Shown piece after piece: positions 1 through 10,149 of a DNA stretch of 62,559 bases. The translations under genes were made by a program, and so were the position numbers. The notes under the pieces are model-generated. The model did not search any database and had not been told where the DNA came from. It was given only the letters and a program-made list of their open reading frames with translations. Within the stretch, counting starts at the first letter, position 1, and each line of letters opens with the position of its first letter. Origin of the DNA: a virus (Duplodnaviria > Caudoviricetes); IMG/VR virus record IMGVR_UViG_3300021090_000020, positions 1 through 62,559 of that record; one strand, 5' to 3'.

Positions 1-1
1 T

Positions 2-220
2 GTGCTACATGCCGACGATCTAGCAAAGCTTGTCGGTGTGCTCGATCTCAGCACCCGCGTCGACCACGGCACGCCGGTCACGCTGTTTGCCAGCAATCCC
101 GATCTGCCGTTCTTGTGCGGGGGGGGGAAGGATTTGTACGCGGTGGCGGTCGCCGGCGGCACCATCAATCTCGGCGCCACCAACGATCTGACATTCGTGT
201 TCGGCCTTCGCCGGGACTGA
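2..220 (+). CDS. 3' part of a virion-associated hypothetical protein (5' part probably at 62349-62559)
   Basis: Open from the window edge and ends 3 nt before the portal start; composition continues the ORF that runs off the right end. Confidence 0.65.
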   Translation: MLHADDLAKLVGVLDLSTRVDHGTPVTLFASNPDLPFLCGGGKDLYAVAVAGGTINLGATNDLTFVFGLRRD

Positions 221-223
221 TCC

Positions 224-2218
224 GTGAAATTCGGCCCGGTCCCACCCAAGCTTCTGCCGCGTCAGGACTCGGCTAAGGTCCTGCTATTGGCGGAGCGCTG
301 GCAGCGCGCCTCCTGGGCGCACGCGCGATGGGCCGAACGAGCCAAGCTTGCGGTCGATTTTTTCGAAGGCCGGCAGTGGACCGAGACGCAGCTCGCCGAG
401 ATGAAGCGGCAAAGTCGTCCGGCCTTCAAGTTCAACATGATTGCGCCATTGGTGCGGTTGATCCTCGGCTATCACCGCGGCAACAAGACCGACATCACCT
501 TCAAGCCCGGCCAGGACATGCGCTCGTCCGAGCAATTGGCCGAGGCGCTCACCCGCATCGAGAAGGTGAACGCCAACGGATCGAAGTTGGAGTTTGTCGA
601 TACTGAAGTGTTCATGGACGGCCTGATTGCCTCGCGCGGGTTCTATGACACGCGGCTGGATTTCGAGCACAACGACCTCGGCGAAATAATGGATCGGGCG
701 GTCGATCCATTCACCGTCAAGATCGACCCGGACGCCGACACCTACGACCTCAACGACAGCGCGTCGTTCCTGCAAACCGACAAGTGGGTGTCGATAGACG
801 AGATCGAATGCGCCTACGGCAGAACGGTGGCGAGCCTGGTACGGCCTTTCATGAGCGGGCAGACGCCATTGGCGCCGCTCTCAAGCCTGGTGCTTAACGA
901 CGACATCACGCCGGTGCGCTTGTTCGGCGAGCGCTCGGAATCGGACCGCATGTTTTGGGACGATTTCTACGGCATGATGGGCGACTTCGTCGATACCCGC
1001 CGCAAGACGATCAGAATGATCGAGACGCAATACAAGGTGGTCGAACCGAAGAACGTCATCATCGACCTGGAGACCGGCGACAAGAAGACCCTGCCAGACG
1101 AATGGGATCAGGAGCGCATCAAGAAGGCACTGCTCTATTGCGAGCAGATCGGCAATCCATGCGTGGTCGAAAACCGCATGGTCGAGCGCATCCACTGGAC
1201 GATCATGGCCGGCGACATGATCCTGTACGACGCGCCGTCGCTCTACGATCGCTACACGCTCACCGGATATTTCCCGTATTTCCGGCGCGGCATGACGCGC
1301 GGCATGGTCGACGACCTGATCGACCCGCAGATGGAGAAGAACAAGCGCCGCTCGGCCAATGTCGAGGCGGCGTCGAAGACAGCGAACGGCGGCTGGCAGT
1401 ACCACGCCGATTCGCTGGACCCTGTGCAGAAGGCTAAGCTGCTTAAGCACGGCTCGTCGCCCGGCTTTAACCTGGAATGGAAGGGTGAGGGCGGCGACAA
1501 GAAGCCCAACATCATCCAGGCCGCGCAGCCCGACATAAAGCAGGAGCGGTTGGAGAAGCAGGCCGACGACGACCTGCGCGCCATTTCCGGGGTGAACGAA
1601 AGCGCGCTCGGGCAATTGGATCGCGTGCAGTCCGGCCGGGCGATCGAGGCACGCCAGCGTCAAGCCGTGCTCTCGGTCCAGATGTACATGGACAATCTCA
1701 AGCGCTCGAAGATGCTGGTCGGGCAAAGCCACCTCGGCATTATCCAAAACCACTACACCGAGCCGCGCATCTACCGGATCATGGGCGAAAACGGCAAGTT
1801 CTCGCAGGTGATGCTCAACCAGGAGCAGGTCGATCCAGCCTCGGGCCTTAAGGCTATCCTCAACGATGTGACAGTCGGCAAATACGAAGTCGTTGTGGAC
1901 GACGCGCCGATCAGCGCGACCTTCTTGAGCGCGCAGTTCGAGGAGATGATGTCGCTGCTGGAAAAAATGGGGCCGGCGCTCGGGCAGAACATGCCGATGT
2001 TTGCCGACCTCATCATGGATTTGTCGTCGCTGCCGCGCAAAGACGAGTGGGTCGCACGCTTCAACGCGCTGGCCGGAGCCGCCGCACAGAACGCGCAACC
2101 GCCGGCCGGCGGCGGCGCAGGTGGGCCTGCCGGTCAACCGGCGCCCCAACCAGGACAGCAAGCCCCGCCGCAAGGCGGCAACGTCGTTGCTATGGTTCCA
2201 CAAGCAGCACAGGCCTGA
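224..2218 (+). CDS. portal protein (P22-like podoviral)
   Basis: 664 aa; FFEGRQW...FNMIAPLV, VDPF..IDPDA, RGMVDDLIDPQMEKNKRRS, SGRAIEARQRQ motifs; lies downstream of TerL on the circle. Confidence 0.9.
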   Translation: MKFGPVPPKLLPRQDSAKVLLLAERWQRASWAHARWAERAKLAVDFFEGRQWTETQLAEMKRQSRPAFKFNMIAPLVRLILGYHRGNKTDITFKPGQDMRSSEQLAEALTRIEKVNANGSKLEFVDTEVFMDGLIASRGFYDTRLDFEHNDLGEIMDRAVDPFTVKIDPDADTYDLNDSASFLQTDKWVSIDEIECAYGRTVASLVRPFMSGQTPLAPLSSLVLNDDITPVRLFGERSESDRMFWDDFYGMMGDFVDTRRKTIRMIETQYKVVEPKNVIIDLETGDKKTLPDEWDQERIKKALLYCEQIGNPCVVENRMVERIHWTIMAGDMILYDAPSLYDRYTLTGYFPYFRRGMTRGMVDDLIDPQMEKNKRRSANVEAASKTANGGWQYHADSLDPVQKAKLLKHGSSPGFNLEWKGEGGDKKPNIIQAAQPDIKQERLEKQADDDLRAISGVNESALGQLDRVQSGRAIEARQRQAVLSVQMYMDNLKRSKMLVGQSHLGIIQNHYTEPRIYRIMGENGKFSQVMLNQEQVDPASGLKAILNDVTVGKYEVVVDDAPISATFLSAQFEEMMSLLEKMGPALGQNMPMFADLIMDLSSLPRKDEWVARFNALAGAAAQNAQPPAGGGAGGPAGQPAPQPGQQAPPQGGNVVAMVPQAAQA

Positions 2219-2221
2219 CGC

Positions 2222-2791
2222 ATGCTCACGGACAACCAGATCGTCACGGTCACGTTGCTGCGCCGCTTTATGGCGGAGGCGGAGTTCGACGGTGGCGATG
2301 GCCGCTATTATGGCATGATCCGTCTCACCGATGGCCGGCTGTTCTCGCATCATCCCGGCTCACCGACGCTTGCGGCCGAGCAACTGATGTGGGGCTCCGA
2401 CATACTCAACCTCTTGAACAAGGAGCTACACCACGACGGCGCCTGGGTGGTGGTGTTCACCAACCCGGAAATCCCGGCCGACTTCCGCGCTATCGACGCT
2501 GCGCCGCGACATTGGGACTATGGCCGCTACGCGCTGATCTGGCTCGATGAGGACGGCGATCCGCAGTTCACCATGGAATGGGCCAAGGGCGACGGCGAGC
2601 TTGCCGATTTTACCGACGTGCTGCTCGCTGGCCGGCATTCGACGGCGGAGAAGTGCGAAGCCGCATGGCGGATTTGGAGCTCGACGCACAGGGCGCTCGA
2701 TCTCAAGGAAGGGCAGACCTTCAAGCGCGCGCGGGCAAGTCGCAGCGTCGTTATCGAGGCATTGAGTAAGATGCGTCAACGACTGACATGA
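2222..2791 (+). CDS. hypothetical protein
   Basis: 189-aa ORF coupled to the portal gene. Confidence 0.7.
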   Translation: MLTDNQIVTVTLLRRFMAEAEFDGGDGRYYGMIRLTDGRLFSHHPGSPTLAAEQLMWGSDILNLLNKELHHDGAWVVVFTNPEIPADFRAIDAAPRHWDYGRYALIWLDEDGDPQFTMEWAKGDGELADFTDVLLAGRHSTAEKCEAAWRIWSSTHRALDLKEGQTFKRARASRSVVIEALSKMRQRLT

Positions 2792-3205
2792 CCCTCATTA
2801 AAAGGGAAGTCCGCCGGCTTGCCTCACAGAACGCCGATCGCTCGCTGATGTATCCGGGCGAACAGGTTCTCACTTGGATCAAGACGCCTGGAATGCCGTG
2901 GATGCTGGCGAGCATTGAACCACGCGAGGAGCGAGCTTGCGGCTCTGGAATAGATCGATCTGCTTCTCAGGCGGCAGCGCCATGAACGTGCGCAGCGCCT
3001 CCGCGAAGAACCGTTGAAATTAAGGATCATTGATGTCGTTCGGTAATGCCATCGCCGACGCATATCAGTTTTCGCCTTCGCTTTGAAGGCCTCGCTCACC
3101 CGCGAGTAGCTCGGGTTGTTTCCGCCGCCGTCAGCGACATGACGGATGGGCCGCCGCCATACGGGCGCTTCCGCAAAACATCACGCGATAGAGGATGCAC
3201 CACCC

Positions 3206-4378
3206 ATGACCACAGGGAACGATCCCGCTCAGCCTATCCCTACCGATCAGCCGATTCCGCCTGTAGCGGAGACAGCACCAGCCGCAGCCGATCCCAATGC
3301 CCCACCGGCAGTTCCGGATGCAGTGGCCGAAGCCGCCGCCAGGATGCAGGCCGATCCAGACCTGATCGAACTCAGCGAAGCGATCAAAGCGGTTAAAGTC
3401 GAGGAAGCCGCCAAGATCGCGCCCGCAGGGACCGAACTGGTCGAAGGGAAACCCGACGATCCGCTGAAGCCAGTCGTAGCGCAACCGGAACCAAAGCCGG
3501 CAGGGCAACGCCCCGCCGTGCCGATGATCCCGAAGCCGCGGCTTGACGAAGCGCTCGAAGGGAAAAGCAAGGCCGAGCAGCATGCCGCCTACTGGCGCGG
3601 CGTTGCCGAAGCGCGCGGTCAGCCGCAGGCCCAACCAGGCCAGCAGCAGCCTACGCAGAACGCACCGCCAAAGCCGGAGGACAAGCTTGCCACCATTCAC
3701 GCCGCGCAAGATGAACTCGCCGCCAAATTCGACGACGGCAATATCACCTACGCGGACATGAAAAAGCAGGAACGCGCGCTCACCGATCAAGAACAGGCTA
3801 TCCGCGAGGAAATTCTGGTCGCGAAGGTGAAGCCCGCCGACCCGCCGAAGGCGAACGAAGGCGGCGATAAGCTCTATCTCGATCGGCTCACGGTCGACCT
3901 TGAAACGATGCACCCTTGGACGGGGGTGTTCGACCAGGTCGGCACCGACGCGGACTGGGCTTATCTGTCGGGCAAGGCGATGGAAAATCTCGCCGCGCGC
4001 GGCATTGATCCGAAGAACGGCTCGATCGGCACCTACGAATTCCGCAAGGAAATCGCGGTGCTCGCCGATCAATTCGGGCCGTCGCTCGTCGGCGCCCGCG
4101 CCACCGCCGCAGGCATCGCGCTCCCCAATGGTCAACCACCGTCGCAAGGCCAGCAGCAACAGCAGCAACAAAAGCCACTTAGCGCGGAGGCGCAAGCCCG
4201 AGCCGCCAAGTTGACTCTCCAACAGGGCGCCCCGCCGAACCTCTCCGCAATGAGGGGATCGAACGAGGATCCCGCTGCACCCACCGATTCGCGCGTCGAA
4301 AGTCTATCCGACGACGAGATCGCGGCGCTGCCGGCAACTGTCCGCAACAAATTCCTCGGCATAACCGCATCGGGATAA
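3206..4378 (+). CDS. putative capsid scaffolding protein
   Basis: Acidic, Pro/Ala/Gln-rich, 'MIPKPRLDE' motif, directly upstream of the capsid gene; GAGGA upstream of ATG 3206. Confidence 0.7.
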   Translation: MTTGNDPAQPIPTDQPIPPVAETAPAAADPNAPPAVPDAVAEAAARMQADPDLIELSEAIKAVKVEEAAKIAPAGTELVEGKPDDPLKPVVAQPEPKPAGQRPAVPMIPKPRLDEALEGKSKAEQHAAYWRGVAEARGQPQAQPGQQQPTQNAPPKPEDKLATIHAAQDELAAKFDDGNITYADMKKQERALTDQEQAIREEILVAKVKPADPPKANEGGDKLYLDRLTVDLETMHPWTGVFDQVGTDADWAYLSGKAMENLAARGIDPKNGSIGTYEFRKEIAVLADQFGPSLVGARATAAGIALPNGQPPSQGQQQQQQQKPLSAEAQARAAKLTLQQGAPPNLSAMRGSNEDPAAPTDSRVESLSDDEIAALPATVRNKFLGITASG

Positions 4379-4383
4379 AAACC

Positions 4384-5496
4384 ATGGCTACCACTGACTT
4401 TGGCTCCCTCACCGTCGCGCAGAAGCGGGTGTGGGCGGCAACGCTATGGGCGGCTGGTCGCGACCAGTCGTTCTTCTTCGCCAATGGCTTCATCGGTTCG
4501 TCCGGCAGGGACATGAACTCGGTGATCCAGCGCGTCACCGAACTGACCGAGACCGAACGCGGCCTCGAATGCGTCATGCAGCTCGTGCAAGACGCGCAGG
4601 GCGACGGCGTGGTCGGCGACAACGAACTCGACGGCCAGGAAGAAGCGCTGGTCAACGACGCGCAGACCATCCGCATCGACCAAATCCGTCACGGCTTCAA
4701 GTCGAAGGGCGAGATGGCCGAGCAGGCCACCGTTGTCCGCTTCCGCGAGCAGTCCAAGGACAAGCTGTCGTTCTGGCTGCCCGACAAGCTCGACGAGCTG
4801 ATGTTTCTGACGCTCTCGGGCAGGGCCTACACGCTCAAGACCGACGGCTCCACCCGTGTCGGCTCGCAACTCCCCTCGCTGCGCTTTGCCGCCGATGTCG
4901 TGGCACCGTCATCGAGCCGCATTCTGTACGCGGGTTCGGCGACCAGCGAGGCCACGCTGACCACTTCGGACAAGATGTCGTGGGCGACCATCGTTCGCGC
5001 GCGCACCTTGGCCGAGCGCAAGCGCCTGCGTCCGATCAAGTCGGGCGGCAAGAACTATTTTGCCGTGCTGATCTCGTCCGAACAGCGCCGCGATCTCGTG
5101 CTCGATCCGACCTACCAGACCATCCTGCGGTCGGCCGAGAAGGTGGGCGACAAGAACCCGCTGTTTACCGGCGCGATTGCGTCCATCGATGGCGTGGTCA
5201 TCCACAGCCATCAGAAGGTGTTCAACACCTTCGGCCTGTCGTCTGGCTCCAAGTGGGGCGCGGGTTCGACGGTCGATGGCGCGCAGGCGATGTTGCTCGG
5301 CGCGCAAGCCGGCGGCATTGCCATGATCGGCAATATGTTCTGGCGGGAATCGACGCTCAACGACTACGGCAATCGCCCGTCGGTCGGCGCCGGCCGCAAG
5401 ATCGGGATGCTCAAGCCGCAGTTCAAGTCGATCTTCGACAGCAACACCCGGCAGGACTTCGGCACCATCGCGATCAAGACCGCAGCCGCGGCCTAA
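4384..5496 (+). CDS. major capsid protein (N4-gp56/DUF4043-like)
   Basis: 370 aa; GDGVVGDNELDGQEEAL, IRIDQIRH, NPLFTGAIASIDGVVIH motifs. Confidence 0.9.
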   Translation: MATTDFGSLTVAQKRVWAATLWAAGRDQSFFFANGFIGSSGRDMNSVIQRVTELTETERGLECVMQLVQDAQGDGVVGDNELDGQEEALVNDAQTIRIDQIRHGFKSKGEMAEQATVVRFREQSKDKLSFWLPDKLDELMFLTLSGRAYTLKTDGSTRVGSQLPSLRFAADVVAPSSSRILYAGSATSEATLTTSDKMSWATIVRARTLAERKRLRPIKSGGKNYFAVLISSEQRRDLVLDPTYQTILRSAEKVGDKNPLFTGAIASIDGVVIHSHQKVFNTFGLSSGSKWGAGSTVDGAQAMLLGAQAGGIAMIGNMFWRESTLNDYGNRPSVGAGRKIGMLKPQFKSIFDSNTRQDFGTIAIKTAAAA

Positions 5497-5521
5497 CCGC
5501 CAGCCACCACCGAACACACAG

Positions 5522-5552
5522 AGGCCCGCCTCTACAGACGGGGTGGGCCTTC
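5522..5552 (+). terminator. hairpin after capsid gene
   Basis: AGGCCCGCCTC...GGGGTGGGCCT inverted repeat. Confidence 0.5.
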
Positions 5553-5586
5553 ACCCCTTCACGCGTTCAAACGAAAGAGCACTCTC

Positions 5587-6270
5587 ATGACTGCTTATCG
5601 CGAGTATCGCATCCAGTTGAAGGATGCGGCGACGGGCAAGACCATCATCACGGCTGGCGGTGCGTGCCATGTCGCGACGGCGGGCTCCCCCGACAAGGCG
5701 ACCCTGTACGACAAAGACGGTGCGGCGCTCGCCAATCCGATCACCCCGACCCGCGGCTTCCTCAACTTCTTCACGCTCGACAGCGTGGCCTCGGTCGATC
5801 TCTACATCCAGGCGCCCGGTGGGCAATTCGCGGTCGAGGCCGGCGTGTCCGCCGGCGGGCCGAACGAAATCCTGATCGACACCGCCAACAAGCTGCATTT
5901 CTACAAAATCCCGTTCTCGATCGCCGACAGTGTTGCGGCGACCGAGAAGGACACGGGATTTGATCTGCCGGCCTACGCGGCCGTGCTGGATCGCCTGCAC
6001 GGCGCTGGCATCCAGGTCACGGCGATCGACGCCACCGAAACGATCGACGTCGGCACCCTCACTGGGGAAACCGGCGCCGATCCGAATGGGCTTAATGCTG
6101 CGGCGGTGCTCGACAATCTCGGCCTGTTGGCCGGCACCAACGGCGCGCTCCATTCCTCGAACGCGCCGTACATGTCGGACGCCAATGCTTCGAAGTCGAT
6201 CAGCTACACGCTGACGGCGGGCTCCGATACGGCGAAGGGCTACATCCTACTGCCGGTCGTCCTCGTCTAA
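5587..6270 (+). CDS. putative capsid decoration/structural protein
   Basis: 227 aa, beta-rich, follows capsid; 'ATLY...ANPIT' motif shared with the N-termini of the two tail proteins. Confidence 0.6.
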   Translation: MTAYREYRIQLKDAATGKTIITAGGACHVATAGSPDKATLYDKDGAALANPITPTRGFLNFFTLDSVASVDLYIQAPGGQFAVEAGVSAGGPNEILIDTANKLHFYKIPFSIADSVAATEKDTGFDLPAYAAVLDRLHGAGIQVTAIDATETIDVGTLTGETGADPNGLNAAAVLDNLGLLAGTNGALHSSNAPYMSDANASKSISYTLTAGSDTAKGYILLPVVLV

Positions 6271-6300
6271 CCGGATCGTCAGCACTTCCACGAAATCCAA

Positions 6301-6325
6301 CGGCCGGGGTTTGCAGCCCCGGCCG
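6301..6325 (+). terminator. GC hairpin
   Basis: CGGCCGGGG-tttgcag-CCCCGGCCG. Confidence 0.45.
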
Positions 6326-6355
6326 TCATTGCATCCAACCGGAGAAACACCGCCG

Positions 6356-6880
6356 ATGACGAAACTCAGCGACATCATTGCCGCCACAGCCACAAACGCC
6401 GCCGACAGCGCCATGCTGGTGCTCGATCCGACCGCCAAGGACGGGCCGCGGGTGCACGAAATGCGGGTCAACGATTCGGTCAAGCCGTTCACGTTCGAGC
6501 CGGGCAAAGGTCTGCCGTTGCCGACCGCCATCGCCATCAAGTTCCTGGCCAAAGGCTTCAAGCTGGTCGACGACAAGGGCAGCCTGATCCCCTGGCAGCT
6601 CCGCCCCAAGCAGCCAGATGAGTTGGGCGCCGGCGAATCCATCAAGCTCTCCGATAACGAGACCATCGCCCGCGTCGACGAATTGTCGACCGAAGCGCTG
6701 CTGCAGCGCGCGCTCGAAATGCCGGGCGGCGAGCAGTTCGCCGCCAAAGGCGAACGCGGCGCCATGATCGACTTCATCGTGGCAACGACCATCGCGCGCA
6801 ACAAGGCGAAGGTTTCAACGCAATCCGAACTCGGCGACGATGAATTTGTGCCCGAGGCGGAAGCCGAAGAAGCTGCCTAA
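6356..6880 (+). CDS. hypothetical virion morphogenesis protein
   Basis: GGAG upstream of ATG 6356; within the structural operon. Confidence 0.65.
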   Translation: MTKLSDIIAATATNAADSAMLVLDPTAKDGPRVHEMRVNDSVKPFTFEPGKGLPLPTAIAIKFLAKGFKLVDDKGSLIPWQLRPKQPDELGAGESIKLSDNETIARVDELSTEALLQRALEMPGGEQFAAKGERGAMIDFIVATTIARNKAKVSTQSELGDDEFVPEAEAEEAA

Positions 6881-6885
6881 GCCCG

Positions 6886-7629
6886 ATGTCGCGCCTGCGC
6901 ACGGCCAAGGAAATCTGCGAGGAAGCGCTCGGCGCAATCGGGGCGTTCCCTGTTACCGACAGTGCGGCCGATCCCGAGGCACTGCGCCGTGCAATAAACT
7001 GGCTCGACATCATCATGGCCGAGCGTGCCGGCGTGGGAAGGCTGTTCTCGCTCATTCCGGCCACGCTGCCGATTCCGCTGACCAACGGCACCACGCAATA
7101 CAATCTCAACACCGCGCTCGGCGCCGATCTGCCGCTCGATCATGTGCAGTTTCCGGTCAAGGCGTGGCTCGAAGATGCCGCTGAAAATCGCACGCCGATC
7201 GAGATAGTCACGCGCGACAAGTTCGAAAATGTCTACAAGGAGAACGACACCGGCGCGCCGGTGATGATCCACATCGATCGCCTGTCGGCCACGCCGATAC
7301 TGCGCATCTATCCTACGCCAGCGAGCGACGATCCGACCGCGTGGACGCTCAAGCTGGTGGTGCAGACTTATGCCCCCAACGTCTCGCCCGGCGGCGTGAC
7401 CGGGATGCAGCCATCGGCCTCGATCCTGACGAAATTCAGTCAGGCGTGGCAGCGCTGGTTGATCTTCCAGCTCGCATCCGACTTGGGCTCCGGCCCGATC
7501 CACAAGCTGCCGCAGGCCAGCATCAACAATTTTGAGAGCAAGGCGAAAGCCTCGCTTGCTTTGTTATTGGCCTTCGAAAACCGCGAGCACGACGACGAAA
7601 TTCCCGTCTGCCAAGCGCACGGTATGTAA
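6886..7629 (+). CDS. head-tail adaptor/connector protein
   Basis: 247 aa; 'TAKEICEEALGAIG...ALRRAINWLD' N-terminus and 'GAP...LRIYPTP' typical of podoviral adaptors. Confidence 0.65.
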   Translation: MSRLRTAKEICEEALGAIGAFPVTDSAADPEALRRAINWLDIIMAERAGVGRLFSLIPATLPIPLTNGTTQYNLNTALGADLPLDHVQFPVKAWLEDAAENRTPIEIVTRDKFENVYKENDTGAPVMIHIDRLSATPILRIYPTPASDDPTAWTLKLVVQTYAPNVSPGGVTGMQPSASILTKFSQAWQRWLIFQLASDLGSGPIHKLPQASINNFESKAKASLALLLAFENREHDDEIPVCQAHGM

Positions 7630-7632
7630 TCA

Positions 7633-10149
7633 ATGGCAATATTCCGCGGCACCATTCCAGATTTTCAGCTCGCCAACCCGCTCTACATCGGGGCACAGGT
7701 GAGCTTTTTCACAGTCTCTGGCGGTGTTGCGACGACCACGCTTGCCACGCTGTACGCGGCGCCGACCGGCGCGACGACGATGGCAAACCCGCAGACCTTG
7801 GACAGCGAAGGTAAGTTCGTCGCTCCGGTCTATATCGAGGAGCCGGTCATTGCTTCGGTGGTGGGTGCCACGGTCGGCAGTCACACCACCGGCGTCATCG
7901 GGCTGTCGCCTGACACGGGATCGGTGAATACGGTCGTCGGCGGCGTTCCTCAGAACGGCATAGCAATCTTCGCCGACACCTCCGGATACTTGCTGAAGGG
8001 AATTGCTGGCGTCACGATCGGCGACGACGGTTCGATCACCACGCCGTTCTTGACCACGGCCGCAGGCGCCACCGGCATCAAGTTCAATCAATATGGCCTG
8101 GGCCTACTGCATTCGAGCGCGGCCGGCGTGCTCAGCTCGGCGGCGGTTTCACTAACGGCGGACATATCGGGTGTTTTGGCCGGCGTGAATGGCGGCACCG
8201 GACTTTCCACCGCCGCCATCGGCGACATCATTTATGCCAGCGCCATCACGCCGACCTGGGCGCGGCTGGCCGGCAACATCACAACGACGAAAAAATATCT
8301 CAGCCAGACCGGCAGCGGCGCGGCCTCGGCGGCGCCGGCCTGGGCGCAGATCGCACAGGCTGATATTTCAGGACTGACGACGGCGGATACGCCGAGTTTC
8401 GCCGGGCTCACGCTCACCGGCACGCTTTCCAGTACCACTTCCGGCATGACGGAAGGGTTGAGCTTCGCCCAAACGACGGGCGATGGCCTCGATTGGACGG
8501 CCGGTTTTCTTTTCCCATGGAAATTTTCACATACTCACACGGCGACCGCCGGCACCGGCCTGGGGCCAACGACATTCGTCAGCGCCGGCGTACTCAGCGC
8601 CATAAATTATGGCTATGGCGGCGTGGCGGCGCTGGGAACGGCGGCGGCGTTCTCGGCGTCCTATAATGTGTTCGGCAACGGCAATGCGTTAAACGAACAC
8701 ACCCCTGTTATTTTTAATTTGAATTGCCAAATTGGCACCGGCTTTACGCAAACCGCGGGACCGACCGGACGCCTCTGGCTCTCCGATCGTAACTTGCACG
8801 GCCCCATCGGCGTCCAGCCGGACTTAATGATCGGGCCTTCGATCTTCGTCAACAACTACTATAACGGCAGTCCCGGGACCGCGCTGTCATCGGCGTTGGT
8901 TATTTCAACCGGCAAGGGTTTAGGTGGCGGCAATGACGCCACGCACGTAGCCGCAAACACCTATCCGTTCGACAGCGCCCTCACGATTGTCGGCGACAGC
9001 AATGCCGGCAGCCCGGCCAATGGTTTCAATGCCGGCATCACCATCGGCGGCATTGCCGCGCGCGGGCCGTGGGGTGAAAATGCCTCGCGCATCGGTATCG
9101 GCGTCAAGTTCGGCGGCACGATCACCGATAGCTGCATCGACACCACGGGCGCCACCGTCACCAATTATCAATTCAAGGGCACCGGGTTCACGGTCAACGC
9201 GGACGGAACCGCGCTAACTCTCGGCGGCCGAAATTTTGCGGTGACGACCGGCACGGCCACCACCTATAACAACCTGTACGACAGCGCCGGCAATTTAGCG
9301 TTTTCCGCCGGCGGCGGCGGCGTCACGCCCGACGCAAGAAACTACATAAACAACACCGAGACAAGAATAGGGAACATCGGTGGCGGCGTGGTCTTCGCGC
9401 AGTTTGCAACCGGCACCACCGGCATCAAGTTCAATCAGTATGGCTTTGGGCTGCTGCAATCGAGCGCGGCGGGTGTCTTAAGTTCGACCAGCACGCCGAC
9501 GCTTGGCGTCGCCAGCACGACGCTTGGCACACTTGCATTTGCGACCGCCGCCGGTGCCGGCATTGGCACTTTGCAATATGTCGGCGGCGCTGGATCGGCC
9601 ACGCTGTCGCTGCCGGCAACGACGACAACGCTCTCCGGTCTTGCTGTCGCTGAAACCCACACCGGTCTAAAAACGTTTAGCCCAGCCGGAACTGTTGCCG
9701 CGACATTCAAAACAACGGGCGGCGCTGGTAGTTTTATTATCATCGACAATTCGGCCGCTTCGCAGCAATCCGGTTTTAACCTATATGATAACGCGGTTCC
9801 CATCTGGCAGGTTATCAAACACACCACTCAATCGCTTTTAATTTATGATGCCGTGAACGGCGTCGTAATGGCAACCTTTACGCCGGGGGCAGTCGGGGCG
9901 GGTTACCTGACGTTCGCCAATACATTGGACGCCAGCAGTTCAACCGTCGCCGCGGCTAGGTTTGCGGGCGGGCTTGCCGTGGCGAAAGCTATCGCGCTCG
10001 GGACAAATCTTTGGCATCCCACAATTGCAAACGGTTCCGTCGCGACGGCGTTGTCGTCTGTCGGGCCGGTTGGATCAAACACCACGGTGCAGGAGTGGTT
10101 TCCGATTAAAAACGCCGCGGGAACGATTCGATATGTTCCCGGCTTTTAG
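7633..10149 (+). CDS. tail fibre / receptor-binding protein
   Basis: 838 aa, Gly/Thr/Ala-rich; head-binding-like N-terminus, 'VNGGTG' motif, C-terminal 'RYVPGF'; internal duplicated segment. Confidence 0.8.
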   Translation: MAIFRGTIPDFQLANPLYIGAQVSFFTVSGGVATTTLATLYAAPTGATTMANPQTLDSEGKFVAPVYIEEPVIASVVGATVGSHTTGVIGLSPDTGSVNTVVGGVPQNGIAIFADTSGYLLKGIAGVTIGDDGSITTPFLTTAAGATGIKFNQYGLGLLHSSAAGVLSSAAVSLTADISGVLAGVNGGTGLSTAAIGDIIYASAITPTWARLAGNITTTKKYLSQTGSGAASAAPAWAQIAQADISGLTTADTPSFAGLTLTGTLSSTTSGMTEGLSFAQTTGDGLDWTAGFLFPWKFSHTHTATAGTGLGPTTFVSAGVLSAINYGYGGVAALGTAAAFSASYNVFGNGNALNEHTPVIFNLNCQIGTGFTQTAGPTGRLWLSDRNLHGPIGVQPDLMIGPSIFVNNYYNGSPGTALSSALVISTGKGLGGGNDATHVAANTYPFDSALTIVGDSNAGSPANGFNAGITIGGIAARGPWGENASRIGIGVKFGGTITDSCIDTTGATVTNYQFKGTGFTVNADGTALTLGGRNFAVTTGTATTYNNLYDSAGNLAFSAGGGGVTPDARNYINNTETRIGNIGGGVVFAQFATGTTGIKFNQYGFGLLQSSAAGVLSSTSTPTLGVASTTLGTLAFATAAGAGIGTLQYVGGAGSATLSLPATTTTLSGLAVAETHTGLKTFSPAGTVAATFKTTGGAGSFIIIDNSAASQQSGFNLYDNAVPIWQVIKHTTQSLLIYDAVNGVVMATFTPGAVGAGYLTFANTLDASSSTVAAARFAGGLAVAKAIALGTNLWHPTIANGSVATALSSVGPVGSNTTVQEWFPIKNAAGTIRYVPGF

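Noticed and set aside
881-5963. Long antisense or alternate-frame ORFs (881-2353, 3131-4222, 4431-5963 and similar elsewhere)
   Set aside because: Shadows of high-GC coding genes with Arg/Ala-rich composition, no SD and no motifs.
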